Part shown: positions 32,345-43,688 of the stretch, one piece after another
Layout: the number at the start of each line of letters is the position of its first letter
How positions within the stretch are numbered: position 1 is the first letter of the stretch
From: an uncultured Chloroflexia bacterium
Lineage (GTDB): Bacteria > Chloroflexota > Anaerolineae > CG2-30-64-16
Direction: 5' to 3'
Assembly (NCBI GenBank): GCA_963774265.1
Contig: CAVZDU010000001.1
Coordinates: 736,001-800,000, forward strand
Length of the DNA: 64,000 bases
Position numbers and translations under genes: made by a program
Notes under the pieces: generated by a model
Told to the model about the DNA's origin: nothing
The model's input: only the letters and a program-made list of their open reading frames with translations
The model's database searches: none

Positions 32345-33354
32345 CTTCGCTACAGCTACTTCCCAGGCTGCTCGCTGGAGCGCAATGCCGAGGCCTACCA
32401 GCGTTCGACGCTGGCCATTGCCGGGCCGCTGGGCATCGAGTTCGCCGAGATCGATGACTGGAACTGCTGTGGGGCGACGGAGTACATCTCGCTGAACATG
32501 CTGGCCTCTTACGCGCTGATTGCCCGCAACCTGGCGCTGACGGCCCGGCGCATGCCGGACAGCGGGCAGCACGAACTGGTTGCCCCGTGCAGCGCCTGCT
32601 ACCTCAACCTGAGCAAGTGCGACAAGTACATGCGCAGCGACGCGGACCTGGCCGAGAAGGTGAACCAGGCGCTGGCGGCGGGCGGCCTGCAGCTACACGC
32701 CCGGCTCCGTCAAGGTGCGCCATCTGCTGGATGTCATCGTGAACGATGTCGGCTGCCGTAACCGTCAAGGCCGCAGGTCACGCGGCCGCTGTCGGGGTTG
32801 CGCGTGGCGCCCTACTACGGCTGCCTGATCTCTCGCCCCGGCCTGCGCACCGACGCGCATGATCCCGAATACCCCACGTCCCTGGACGAACTGCTGAGCT
32901 GCCTGGGCGCCGACGTGGTCGACTTTCCACTGAAGACTCACTGCTGCGGCGGGCACATGACGCAGATCTCCGAGGGCGACCGGCTTCGAGCTGATCCGCC
33001 GGCTGGTGAAGGGTGCGGCCGACTATCACGCCGACGTGATCGTCACCGTCTGTCCCATGTGCCAGCTCAACCTGGACGCTTTCCAGGGAGCTATGAATCG
33101 CTACTTCAAGAGCAGCTACCACATGCCGGTGCTCTACTTCACCCAGATGATGGGCCTGGCCTTCGGCCAGGACGCCGCAGCGCTGGGCATCGGCGCCGAG
33201 CTCGTGGATGCGCGGCCGGCGCTGGCCAAGATCGGCGTCGAGCTGCCGCCGCCGGTGACCGAGGGTGCGCCCAAGCGCAAACGGGACGACAAGTCGCTGC
33301 CGATGCCGAAGATGTCCAAGCGCGAACCCGCGGGGCGAGGAGGCGGCGCCATGA
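32337..33354 (+). CDS. hdrB: Heterodisulfide reductase subunit B, copy 2 (frameshifts)
   Basis: [49 protein letters not shown]. Confidence 0.9.
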
Positions 33355-35353
33355 AAGACCAGGCACGGATCGGCGTCTACGTCTGCCACTGCGGCAGCAA
33401 CATCGCCGGCATGGTGGATGTGGAAGATGTGGCCACGTGGGCCGGCGCAGCTCTGCCCAACGTGGTGGTCGCCCGCGACTACAAGTTCATGTGCTCCAGC
33501 CTGGGCCAGGAGTTGATCGAGAAGGACATCAAGGAGCAGGGGCTGAACCGTGTGGTGGTGGCGGCCTGCTCGCCGCATCTGCACGAGGCGACCTTCCGCA
33601 ACGCGTGCCAGCGCGCCGGTCTGAATCCCTACCTGTTCGACATGGTCTCGATCCGCGAGCAGGTTTCCTGGGTCACCACCGACCGGGCGATCGCCACCGA
33701 GAAGGCCAAGGCGCTGATCTCCGGCGGGGTGCACCGCGTGGTCGCACAATGAGCCGCTGGAGCCGATCCTGGTGGACATCAACCCGAACGTGCTGGTGGT
33801 GGGCGGCGGCATCGCCGGCATCCAGGCCGCGCTGGAGATCGCCGACAGCGGCAGCCACGTCTACCTGGTGGAGCGCGAGCCGTCGATCGGCGGGCACATG
33901 GCCCAGTTCGACAAGACCTTCCCCACCCTGGACTGCTCGGCCTGCATCCTGACCCCCAAGATGTTCACCGCGGGCAACCACAAGAACATCACCCTGCTGA
34001 CCTAGAGCGAGGTTGAGAAGGTCGACGGCTTCATCGGCAACTTCACGGTCACGATCCGCCAGCGGGCCCGCAAGGTCAAGACCGAGCTGTGCACCGGCTG
34101 CGGCGTCTGCGAGGAGAAGTGCCCGAAGAAGGTGGTCGACGACGTCTTCGAGGCCGGGCTGGGCTATCGCAAGGCGATCTACCGGCCGTTCCCGCAGGCC
34201 GTGCCCAAGTACCCGGTGATCGACGTCGAGAACTGCACCTACTTCCAGCGCGGCACCTGCAAGGCCTGCGAGAAGTTCTGCCCGACCGGCGCGATCGACT
34301 TCAAGCACAGCAGGACGAGATCACTCACCGTCCAGGTGGGCAACATCATCCTGGCCACCGGCTTCGACCTGTTCGACTGCCGGCGCATCCCGCAGTACGG
34401 CTACGGCCGGCTGGCCAACGTCTTCACCAGCCTGGAGTTCGAGCGCCTGTCCAACGCGGCCGGGCCGACCGGCGGCAAGGTGGTGCTGCGCGATGGCGTC
34501 ACCGTGCCGCAGCAGCGTGGCGATCGTCCACTGCGTGGGCAGCCGCGACCGCAACTACAACAACTACTGCTCGGCCATCTGCTGCATGCAGTCGCTGAAG
34601 TTCGCCCACCTGGTCAAGGAGCGCACCGGCGCGCGCGTCTACAACTTCTACATCGACATCCGCACCCCGGCCAAGGCGTACGACGAGTTCTACCAGCACA
34701 TCCTCGAGGAGGGGATCATCTTCGTCCGCGGCAAGGTGGCCGAGGTCACCGATGCCGCCCGGCTGCCCGGCGAAGAGGGCAAGCTGATCATCCAGGTCGA
34801 GGACACCCTGGTCGGCAAGCAGCGCCGCATCCCGGTGGACATGGTGATCCTCTCGGCCGGGCTGGAGCCGCGCGCCGACGCCAAGGAGATCGCGCAAGAA
34901 GTTCGGCATCTCGTGCAGCATGGACGGCTGGTTCATCGAGCGCCATCCCAAGCTCGACCCCGTGGCGACCATGACCGACGGCATCTTCATCGCCGGCGTC
35001 GTGCCAGGGGCCGAAGGACATCCCGGCCTCGGTGTCGCAAGGGCGCCGCGGCGGCCGCGCGCGTGCTGGGCCTCATCAGCCAGCGGCAGATCAGCCTGGA
35101 ACCGGTGCGCGCCAGCGTGGACGCCGACAAGTGCTCCGGCTGCCGCATCTGCAACACCATGTGCCCGTTCAACGCCATCACCTTCCTCGAGGACCGCCAG
35201 GTGACCGAGATCAACCCGGCGCTGTGCCAGGGCTGCGGCACCTGCGTGTCGGCCTGCCCGGCCGGCGCCATCACCGGCACGCACTTCAGCAACGAGCAGA
35301 TCATGGCGCAGATCGAGGGCGTGATGTTGATGCTCAGCGAGCATGCCGCGTAG
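33351..35353 (+). CDS. hdrA: Heterodisulfide reductase subunit A, canonical length (frameshifts and one in-frame TAG)
   Basis: [61 protein letters not shown], terminal 2x[4Fe-4S]. Confidence 0.92.
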
Positions 35354-35413
35354 CCAGTGCGCGGCCGAGCTTGCTGCCTGCGTAGGAGGGGAGAGGACAC
35401 ACTATGCCTGGCA

Positions 35414-35833
35414 ATGGCATTCGAACCCGTCATCGTCGGTTTCACCTGCAACTGGTGCTCCTACCGCGCGGCCGACACGGCCGGGATGGCCCGCATCAAG
35501 TACGCGCCCAACGTGCGCCTGATCCGCCTGATGTGCTCCGGCCGGCTGGACCCGCAGTTCGTGCTCAAGGCGCTGGCCGAGGGCGCCGACGGCGTGCTGA
35601 TCAGCGGCTGCCATCCGGGCGACTGCCACTACATCGAGCAGAACTACAAGACCATGCGCCGCTTCGAGCTGCTGAAGAAGACGCTGGCCAGCCTGGGCAT
35701 CGAGGACGGCCGCGTCAAGCTGGTGTGGGCCTCGGCCGCCGAAGGCGCTATCCTGGCCGAGGAGATCGACAAGATGGTCGCGGAGGTCAAGGCGCTGGGA
35801 CCGCTGAATTGGAAGCGCGAGCCTGGCTTCTGA
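35414..35833 (+). CDS. mvhD: MvhD [2Fe-2S] subunit, copy 2
   Basis: FTCNWCSYRAAD, MCSGRLDP, GCHPGDCHY, WASAAEG. Confidence 0.95.
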   Translation: MAFEPVIVGFTCNWCSYRAADTAGMARIKYAPNVRLIRLMCSGRLDPQFVLKALAEGADGVLISGCHPGDCHYIEQNYKTMRRFELLKKTLASLGIEDGRVKLVWASAAEGAILAEEIDKMVAEVKALGPLNWKREPGF

Positions 35834-35848
35834 CGACCGGAGGCACCG

Positions 35849-36898
35849 ATGGCGCAAGAAACGGCAGACAGCCAACGCAAACCCAAGTTCGCCATGTACT
35901 GGGCCGCGTCGTGCGGCGGCTGCGAGATCGCCGTGCTGAACATCCACGAGGGGATCCTGGACGTGGACGCCAACTTCGACGTGGTCTTCTGGCCGGTGGC
36001 GATGGACGCCAAGTACAAGGACGTCGAGGCGATGGAGGACGGCAGCATCACCCTCTGCCTGTTCAACGGCGCCATCCGCAACGAGCGAGAACGAGGAGAT
36101 GGCCCACCTGCTGCGCCGCAAGTCCAAGATCCTGGTGGCCTTCGGCTCGTGCGCCTGCGAGGGCTGCATCCCCGGCCTGGCCAACCTCTACTCCAAACAG
36201 GCGCTGCTGGACACCGCATTTCAGCACCGTCTCCACCGACAACCCGGACGGTCATCCGTCCGCAGATCGCCTACCAGATGCCGCGAAGGCGAGCTCCACA
36301 TCCCGTTCCTGTACGAGACCGTGACGACCCTCGACCAGGTGGTGCCGGTGGACTACTACATGCCCGGCTGCCCGCCCGAGAGCGGCCAGATCGCAGCCGT
36401 CATCGGGCTGGTGATCAAGGCGCTGAAGGGCGAGGCCGCAGCTGCCGCCCGCCGGGCTCGGTGCATCGGCGCGGGGAACAGCACCGTGTGCGACGAATGC
36501 CCGCGCAAGCGCGAGGAGAAGACCATCAGCGAGTTCCGGCGCATGGCGACCTTCCAGCCCAACCCGACCGACTGCCTGCTGGAGCAGGGCATCCTCTGCT
36601 GCGGGGCTGGCGACGCGCAGCGGCTGTCAGGCGCGCTGCCCAAGCGCCAACATGCCCTGCATCGGCTGCTACGGCCCCGCGCCGGACGTGGTCGACCAGG
36701 GCGCGCGCATGATGAGCGCGGTCGCCTCGGTGATCGACAGCAACGACCCCAAGGAGATCGCGCAAGATCCTGGACGGCATCGCGGATCCGGCCGGCACGT
36801 TCTACCGGTTCAGCTTGCCGGCGTCGCTGCTGCAGCAGCACGTAGCCGCCGGAATCGCGATGACACGATGCTGCGAACTTGCCGAGACCTTCCTCTGA
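35849..36898 (+). CDS. mvhG: [NiFe]-hydrogenase small subunit MvhG (frameshifts; end approximate)
   Basis: YWAASCGGCE, AFGSCACEGCIPGLAN, MPGCPPE, VCDECPR, CLLEQG, PCIGCYGP. Confidence 0.9.
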
Positions 36899-36926
36899 AT
36901 TCGTGAGTGTGAGGGAGGAGTGTACG

Positions 36927-38403
36927 ATGCAGCGCATCACCATCGATCCGATCACCCGCCTGGAAGGCCACGGCAAGATCGAGATCTTCCTGGACGAGCG
37001 AGGGCAACGTCGCCAACACCTACTTCCAGATCCCGGAGCTGCGCGGCTTCGAGCAGTTTGCGTCGGCCGGCCGGTCGAGGAGATGGCGGTCATCACCAAC
37101 CGCATCTGCGGCGTGTGCCCCGAGGCGCACCACATGGCCGCGGCCAAGGCCGCCGACGCCGTCTACCACGTCGACCCGCCGCGGCCGGCCAAGATGCTGC
37201 GCGAGCTGCTCTACAGCGCCTTCTACTGCACCGACCACACCACCCACTTCTACGCGCTGGGCGGGCCGGACTTCGTCATGGGGCCGGACGCGCCGGTGGC
37301 CGAGCGCAACATCCTGGGCGTGATCCACAAGGTGGGGCTGGAGATCGGCGGCAAGGTCATCCAGATGCGCAAGTACGGCCACACCGTCATCGAGATGATC
37401 GGCGGGCGCAAGGTGCATCCCTGCACCTCCATCCCCGGCGGCATGAGCCACGGCATCACCGAAGAGCAGCGCGCCGAGATCGAGAGGATGGGCCGCTGGG
37501 CGATCGAGTTCGCCCAGTTCAGCCTGAAGCTGTTCAACGACATCGTGCTGGGCAACGAGCGCCTACCGCGACCTGATCCTGGGCGACACCTACTACCACC
37601 GCACCTACTCCATCGGCCTGGTGGACGAGACCAACAAGGTCAACTTCTACGACGGCAAGGTCAGCGTGGTCGACCCGGACGGCAAGCGCATCGGCAAGTA
37701 CGCGCCGGCCGAGTACACCGACTGGATCGCCGAGCACGTCGAGCCGTGGACCTACCTGAAGTTCCCCTACCTGAAGAAGGTCGGCTGGAAGGGCTTTGTG
37801 GACGGCACGGACTCCGGCGTCTACATGGCGACGCCGCTGTCGCGGCTGAACGCCGTCCGACGGCATGGCGACCCCGCTGGCCCAGGCGGAGTACGAGAAG
37901 TTCTACGCGGCGCTGGGCGGCAAGCCGGTGCACCACCGCCTGGCCATCCACTGGGCGCGGCTGATCGAGCTGCTCTACGCGGCCGAGCGCTGGGTGGAGC
38001 TGGCGACCGATCCCGGAGATCACCTCGGACAACTTCCGCACCGTGCCGACCGCGACGCCGACCGAAGGGGTCGGCATCGTCGAGGCGCCGCGCGGCACCC
38101 TGACCCATCACTACTGGACCGACGAGCGCGGGCATCGTCACCAAGGCCAACCTGATCGTCGGCACGACCAACAACTATGCGCCGATCTCCATGTCGATCA
38201 GCAAGGCGGCCCGGATCGTTCATCAAGCAGGGCACGGTGGTCACCGAAGGGCTGCTGAACCGGGTCGAGATGGCCTTCCGCGCCTACGATCCCTGCTTCG
38301 GCTGCGCCACCCACAGCCCTGCCCGGCCAGATGCCGCTGGAGGTCACGGTGCGGGACGCGGCGAGGCCAGGTCGTGACGGTGTTGCGGCAGTATGTGGAT
38401 TGA
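36927..38403 (+). CDS. mvhA: [NiFe]-hydrogenase large subunit MvhA (group 3c), frameshifts
   Basis: [13 protein letters not shown]1 [23 protein letters not shown]2 [13 protein letters not shown], plus a cleavable C-terminal extension. Confidence 0.93.
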
Positions 38404-38968
38404 CGGCGGCCCTGCTCCGATCCCCCGTCGGACCCTGGTCGTCGGCCTGGGCAACCCGATCCTGGGCGATGATGGGGTGGGGTGGCGGGTGGTGGAGGAA
38501 GCCGCGGCAGCTTGCAGAGACGCGGTTCCCGGGCGGATCCGGTCTCTGCGATCCATGTGTCTCTGTGGTGAAAAGTGGTCTCGAGTTCGACTGCGTTTCC
38601 CTGGGCGGCCTGGCGCTGATGGAACGGCTGGTGGGCTACGATCGGGCCATCCTCGTGGATGCGATCCAGACTCCGGGCGGCGTGCCTGGGACGATCTACC
38701 GGCTGACCTGGACGATCTGCCCACCCTCCACGCCGATTCGGCCCACGATGCGTCGCTCACGGCCGCGCTGGCGTTGGGGCGGCGGTTGGGGGCGCACTTG
38801 CCTGCGTCGCAGGAGATCACCATCGTAGCGGTGGAGGCCGAGAACGTGCTGGATTTCGGTGAAGACCTCTCGCCCTCTGTGGCTGCCAGCGTGGGGCGAG
38901 CAGCGGAGCTGGTCCTGGCAGAATTTGGTCGCCGGCAGGCGCCAGGCCCTGCAATTGCCCATCCATGA
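38393..38968 (+). CDS. Hydrogenase maturation protease (frameshifts)
   Basis: VVGLGNPILGDDGVG, GYDRAILVDA, SAHD, FGEDLSPSV. Confidence 0.88.
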   Translation: MWIDGGPAPIPRRTLVVGLGNPILGDDGVGWRVVEEAAAACRDAVPGRIRSLRSMCLCGEKWSRVRLRFPGRPGADGTAGGLRSGHPRGCDPDSGRRAWDDLPADLDDLPTLHADSAHDASLTAALALGRRLGAHLPASQEITIVAVEAENVLDFGEDLSPSVAASVGRAAELVLAEFGRRQAPGPAIAHP

Positions 38969-38978
38969 GGAGGACGCC

Positions 38979-39434
38979 ATGGTCTCACCCGAGCTGCTGC
39001 GCCGTTATCCTTTTTTTGGCGGGTTGACCGACGAGGAGTTGGCCGGCATCGCCATGATTGCCGAAGAGGTGGGATTCCCGGACCGCGCCATTGTTTTTCG
39101 GGAAGGGGAAGTTGCCACGAAGATCTATGTGTTGAGTGCGGGCATGGTGGAGCTGATCTTTGAAATTCACCGGCCGACCGGCACAGACACTTCCTATGTC
39201 GGGGCCATCGCCCAGGGCGAGCCATTCGGCCTGTCGGCCTTCTTGGAGAACCATGAATTGACCGCGACCACAGGCGCGACGGGTCCGATCAGGGCCATCG
39301 CCATCGACGCCCCCGGACTGCGCGCCATGTCGGAGGTGGACTGCCACCTGGGCTACACCCTCATGCGCCAGATCGCCCGCGCGCTGGCCGAGCGGCTCAA
39401 CTTCGCCCGCGTGCAGTTGGCGGCCTGCGCGTAG
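38979..39434 (+). CDS. Second stand-alone cyclic-nucleotide-binding domain protein
   Basis: LRRYPFFGGLTDEEL, VFREGEVA..IYVL..GMVEL, GEPFGLSA; SD GAGGAGG; no HTH. Confidence 0.85.
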   Translation: MVSPELLRRYPFFGGLTDEELAGIAMIAEEVGFPDRAIVFREGEVATKIYVLSAGMVELIFEIHRPTGTDTSYVGAIAQGEPFGLSAFLENHELTATTGATGPIRAIAIDAPGLRAMSEVDCHLGYTLMRQIARALAERLNFARVQLAACA

Positions 39435-39495
39435 GCGGGGTAGGGACGGGGTGGCATCGCGGTCCCCGCACGGCGCGCCCCCCGTCCTACCCGCC
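39434..39495. repeat. GTAG-type REP-like hairpin
   Basis: GGCGGGGTAGGGACGGGG ... CCCCGTCCTACCCGCC. Confidence 0.7.
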
Positions 39496-39501
39496 AACGT
39501 C

Positions 39502-39572
39502 CTTGAGCGTGTGCTGGCTGAACTCAGGCATTTGTCGAGGAACAGCACACCCCGGTGCGCCATGCTGACACC
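39502..39572 (-). pseudogene. Short comM/yifB (Mg-chelatase-like ATPase) Walker-B fragment
   Basis: Minus strand GVSMAHRGVLFLD, then after a 1-nt shift MPEFSQHTL, matching the YifB motif SLAHRGVLFLDELPEF; flanking domains absent. Confidence 0.65.
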
Positions 39573-39718
39573 TGCCCCACAGTAGGTGCGGGTCTCTCCT
39601 GGCCGTAACCACTGCGCACCAGGGGTATACTTGAATCGTGGCCGCCGATTCAAGAAGCAGACCCCGATCATCAAGCAGATCTTCAGCGCGAACGACAAGG
39701 CTTGAAGTTGAAGGTTGC

Positions 39719-42219
39719 ATGAAGGAAACCGCAGACCGGCAGCCTGTCCCTGGCAACTTGCAGCGCCTGCGCGTCGAGATCCACGGCGCGGTGCAGGGCG
39801 TCGGCTTCCGGCCGTTCGTCTACCGCCTGGCGACCGAGCTGGCGCTGACCGGCTGGGTCATCAACGACACGCAGGGCGTTTTCATCGAGGTCGAAGGGCC
39901 CGACGACGACCCTGCAGCGCTTCCTCGAACGCCTGCCCGCCGAGGCTCCGCCGCGCGCCATCGTCCAGTACGCTCGAGCAGCGCCTGGCTGGAGCCGGTC
40001 GGCTATCGAGCGCTTCGAGATCCGCCACAGCGACAACACCGGCGCCAAGACCGTGCTCGTCCTGCCCGACATCGCCACCTGCCCCGATTGCCTGGCCGAG
40101 GTGCTCGATCCGGCCGACCGCCGCTACCGCTACCCCTTCACCAACTGCACCAACTGCGGCCCGCGCTTCAGCATCATCGAGGCGCTGCCCTACGACCGGC
40201 CCAACACGACCATGCGCCGGTTCACCATGTGCCCGGCCTGCCAGCGCCGAGTACGAGAACCCGCTCGACCGGCGCTTCCATGCGCAGCCGAACGCCTGCC
40301 CGGTCTGCGGGCCGCGGCTGGCGCTGTACGGACGATGGACGACGCGACGACGTGGACGACGGATCGCAGCAGGCGCTGGCGATCGACGCTGCCGCTCGTG
40401 CAGGCGCGCGGCCGAGCGCGCTGCGCTGCGCGGGCCGGATCGTCGCGGTCAAAGGGCTGGGCGGGTTCCACCTGATGGCCGACGCGGGCAACGACGCGGC
40501 GATCGGCCGGCTGCGCGAGCGCAAGCCGCGCCGCGACAAGCCGTTCGCCATCATGGCGCCGCGATCTGGCCCAGGTGCAGGCGCTCTGCTGAGTCCCGCC
40601 CGCAGCCGAGGCGCTGCTGACCTCGCCGAAGCGCCGATCGTGCTGCTGGAGCGTCGGCAGAGGCGGACCAATCGGGTCAGCTGATCAGCGGCGCAGGACA
40701 GGCGGCATCGATCGTCCGTCGTCCAGCCGAGGTCGCGCCCGGCAACCCGAATCTGGGCGTCATGCTGCCCTACACGCCGCTGCACCACCTGCTGCTGCGC
40801 GAGATGGGCTTCCCGGTCGTCGCCACCAGCGGCAACCTGACCGACGAGCCGATCTGCACCGACGAGCGTCGAGGCCTTGCAGCGGCTCGGCCACATCGCC
40901 GACGTCTTCCTGGTGCACGACCGGCCCATCGCCCGCCACGTCGATGACAGCGTGGCGTGGATCGTGCGCTGGCGTGCCGCGCCTGCTGCGCCGGGCGCGC
41001 GGCTATGCGCCGCTGCCGGTCGCTGCTGAAGGACGACGTCCCGCCCATCCTGGCCGTCGGCGCGCACCTGAAGAACACGGTCGCGCTGAGCGTCGGCCGG
41101 CAGGTCTTCATCAGCCAGCACATCGGCGACCTGGAGACGCCGGAGGCGATGGCCGCCTTCGAGCGCGTCATCGCCGATTTCCTGCGCCTGTACGAGGCGC
41201 AGCCGGTCGCCATCGCCCACGATCTGCACCCGGACTATCTCTCGACGCAGTGGGCGAGGAGATTGGGACGATCGGACGAGTGACAAGGACGATTCGCCGT
41301 CCGCCATCCACGTCGCTCGCATCTCGTCGCCGTGCAGCACCACCATGCGCACCTGGCGGCCTGCCTGGCCGAGAACGCGGTCGACGGCCCGGCGCTGGGC
41401 GTGACCTGGGATGGCACGGGCTACGGCACCGACGGGACGATCTGGGGCGGCGAGTTCCTGCTGGGCGACGCGTCCGGCTTCGAGCGCGTGGCGCACCTGC
41501 GGCCGTTCCGCCTGCCGGGCGGCGACGCGGCCGTGCACGAGCCGCGGCGCGTGGCGCTGGCGCTGCTGTGGGAGATGTACGGCGAGGCGGCGCTGGAGAG
41601 GGACGACCTGGCGCCGGTCCGCGCCTTCTGCGCCCGACCGAGCGCAAGCTGCTGGCGCAGATGCTCGCCACGGGCGTCAACGCGCCGGTCACGACCAGCG
41701 CCGGACGGCTGTTCGACGGCGTCGCGGCGCTGCTCGGGCTGCACCAGCAGGTCAGCTTCGAGGGCCAGGCGGCGATGGCGCTGGAGTTCGCGGCGGACCG
41801 GCGCGAGCACGGGGCGTATCCGATTGGCCTCGCTGCCGGACTGCGTAGGCTGCCGGACGACGGTGCAGACCGGGACGACCGCTCGAGCGTCAGCCTGCCG
41901 CCTGCGTTCTCGACTGGCAGCCGCTGCTCGAGGCCGTGCTGGCCGACTTGCGGCGCGGCGTCGCCGACGGGTATCATGGCCGCGCGATTCCACAACGCGC
42001 TGGTGGAGGCGATCGTGGCGGTGGCGCAGGCCGTCGGCGAGCAGCGGGTGGCGCTGACCGGCGGCTGCTTCCAGAATCGCCTGCTGACCGAGCGCGCCGC
42101 CGAGCGGCTGGAGCGCGCCGGCTTCGAGGTGCTTGCTGCACCGCCAGGTGCCGCCGAACGATGGCGGCATCAGCCTGGGGCAGGTGGCGGTGGCGGCGGC
42201 ACGGCTGAGCGAGACGTGA
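39719..42219 (+). CDS. hypF: Carbamoyltransferase HypF (many frameshifts)
   Basis: [20 protein letters not shown]...[73 protein letters not shown]. Confidence 0.93.
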
Positions 42220-42285
42220 GCAGAATGCAGTAGTCGGGTCACTGATCGGCAGTCTGCACTACTGCATCTGAGACGGAGGCTGATC

Positions 42286-42538
42286 ATGTGTCTGGGTGTT
42301 CCGGGAAAAGTGCTGAGCATTGAGCCGAATTCGCGTGGGCATGACGATGGGCAAGGTCAGCTTCGGCGGCATGGCCAAGGAAGTGTGCCTGGCCTACGTG
42401 CCCGAAGCTGAGGTCGGCGACTACGTCATCGTCCACGCCGGCTTCGCGCTCAACAAGCTGGACGAGGAAGAGGCGAAGGAGGTGTTCGAGCTGCTGAGGC
42501 AGATGGGCGAGGTTGAGGAGTTACAGGTTGACGGCTGA
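42286..42538 (+). CDS. hypC: HypC chaperone (frameshift near 42335)
   Basis: MCLGVPGKV, VGDYVIVHAGFA. Confidence 0.93.
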
Positions 42539-42594
42539 AGTCGAAGGTGAAGCGCCTTTGACTCGAACCCTCGACCTTGAATCAGGGAGTTCCT

Positions 42595-43688
42595 ATGCGC
42601 TTCATTGACGAGTATCGGAACGAAGCGGACGCCCAGAAGCTCCTCCACGCCATCGAGCGCTCGGTGACGCGCGCCTGGGTCGATCATGGAGATCTGCGGC
42701 GGGCAGACGCACACGCTGATCAAGTCCGGCATCGACCGGATGCTGCCGCCGCAGGTGACGCTGGTCCACGGGCCGGGCTGCCCGGTCTGCGTCACGCCGC
42801 TGGAGCTGATCGACCAGGCCATCGCCATCGCGCGCCGGCCCGAGGTGATCTTCACCTCGTTCGGCGACATGCTGCGCGTGCCCGGCTCCGGCGTCGACCT
42901 GCTGAGCGTGAAGGCGCAGGGCGGCGACGTGCGCATGGTCTACTCGCCGCTCGATGCCGTCAAGCTGGCGCAGAAGCACCCCGACCGCCAGGTGGTCTTC
43001 TTCGCCGTCGGCTTCGAGACGACCGCGCCCGGCAACGCGATGGCCGTGTGGCAGGCGCAGCAGCTGGGGCTGACCAACTTCTCGATCCTCTGCTCGCACG
43101 TGCTGGTGCCGCCGGCGATGGAGGCGATCCTCGGCGCGCCCGACAACCAGGTGCAGGGCTTCCTGGCCGCCGGCCATGTCTGCACGGTGATGGGCTACTG
43201 GGAGTACGAGCCGATCGCCGCGCGCTACCGCGTGCCGATCGTCGTCACCGGTTTCGAGCCGCTGGACCTGCTGCAGGGCATCTACATGACGGTCAAGGCG
43301 CTGGAGGAAGGCCGCTGGGGCGTGGAGAACCAGTACACCCGCGCCGTGACGCGCGAGGGCAACCTGCCCGCGCAGAAGCTCCTCGCGCAGGTCTTCGAGG
43401 TCGTGCGACCGGCAGTGGCGCGGCATCGGCACTGATCCCAGCGAGCGGCTACCGCCTGCGGCCCGAGTTCGCCGCCTTCGACGCCGAGCAGCGCTTCGGC
43501 GTGGCGGGCGTCACAGCCGAGGAATCGCCGCTCTGCATCGCCGGGCAGATCCTGCAGGGGCTGAAGAAGCCGCACGAGTGCACCGCCTTCGGCACGCAGT
43601 GCACGCCCGAGCACCCGCTGGGCGCGCCGATGGTGTCGCAGCGAAGGCGCCTGCGCCGCCTACTATCAGCTACGGACGGGCCGCATGA
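42595..43688 (+). CDS. hypD: HypD (frameshifts)
   Basis: [45 protein letters not shown]. Confidence 0.94.

Noticed and set aside
33006-33752. Apparent HdrB-HdrA fusion (and HdrC-HdrB at 26296-26652)
   Set aside because: Each downstream gene has its own GGAGG SD and ATG with a potential ATGA overlap. A 1-nt indel explains the fusion.
34003-34005. In-frame TAG in hdrA2 (LLT*SEV) as possible pyrrolysine or read-through
   Set aside because: The position normally holds an ordinary residue such as Tyr or Trp (Asn in copy 1). CCTAG is one base from CCTGG/CCTAC in an error-rich region, and no pyl genes are seen.
27258-38403. Selenocysteine in HdrA, MvhD or MvhA
   Set aside because: All candidate sites are Cys codons (DCSACI, CNWC, DCHY, DPCFGC). 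The TGA codons at about 29513 and 33750 are explained by frameshifts.
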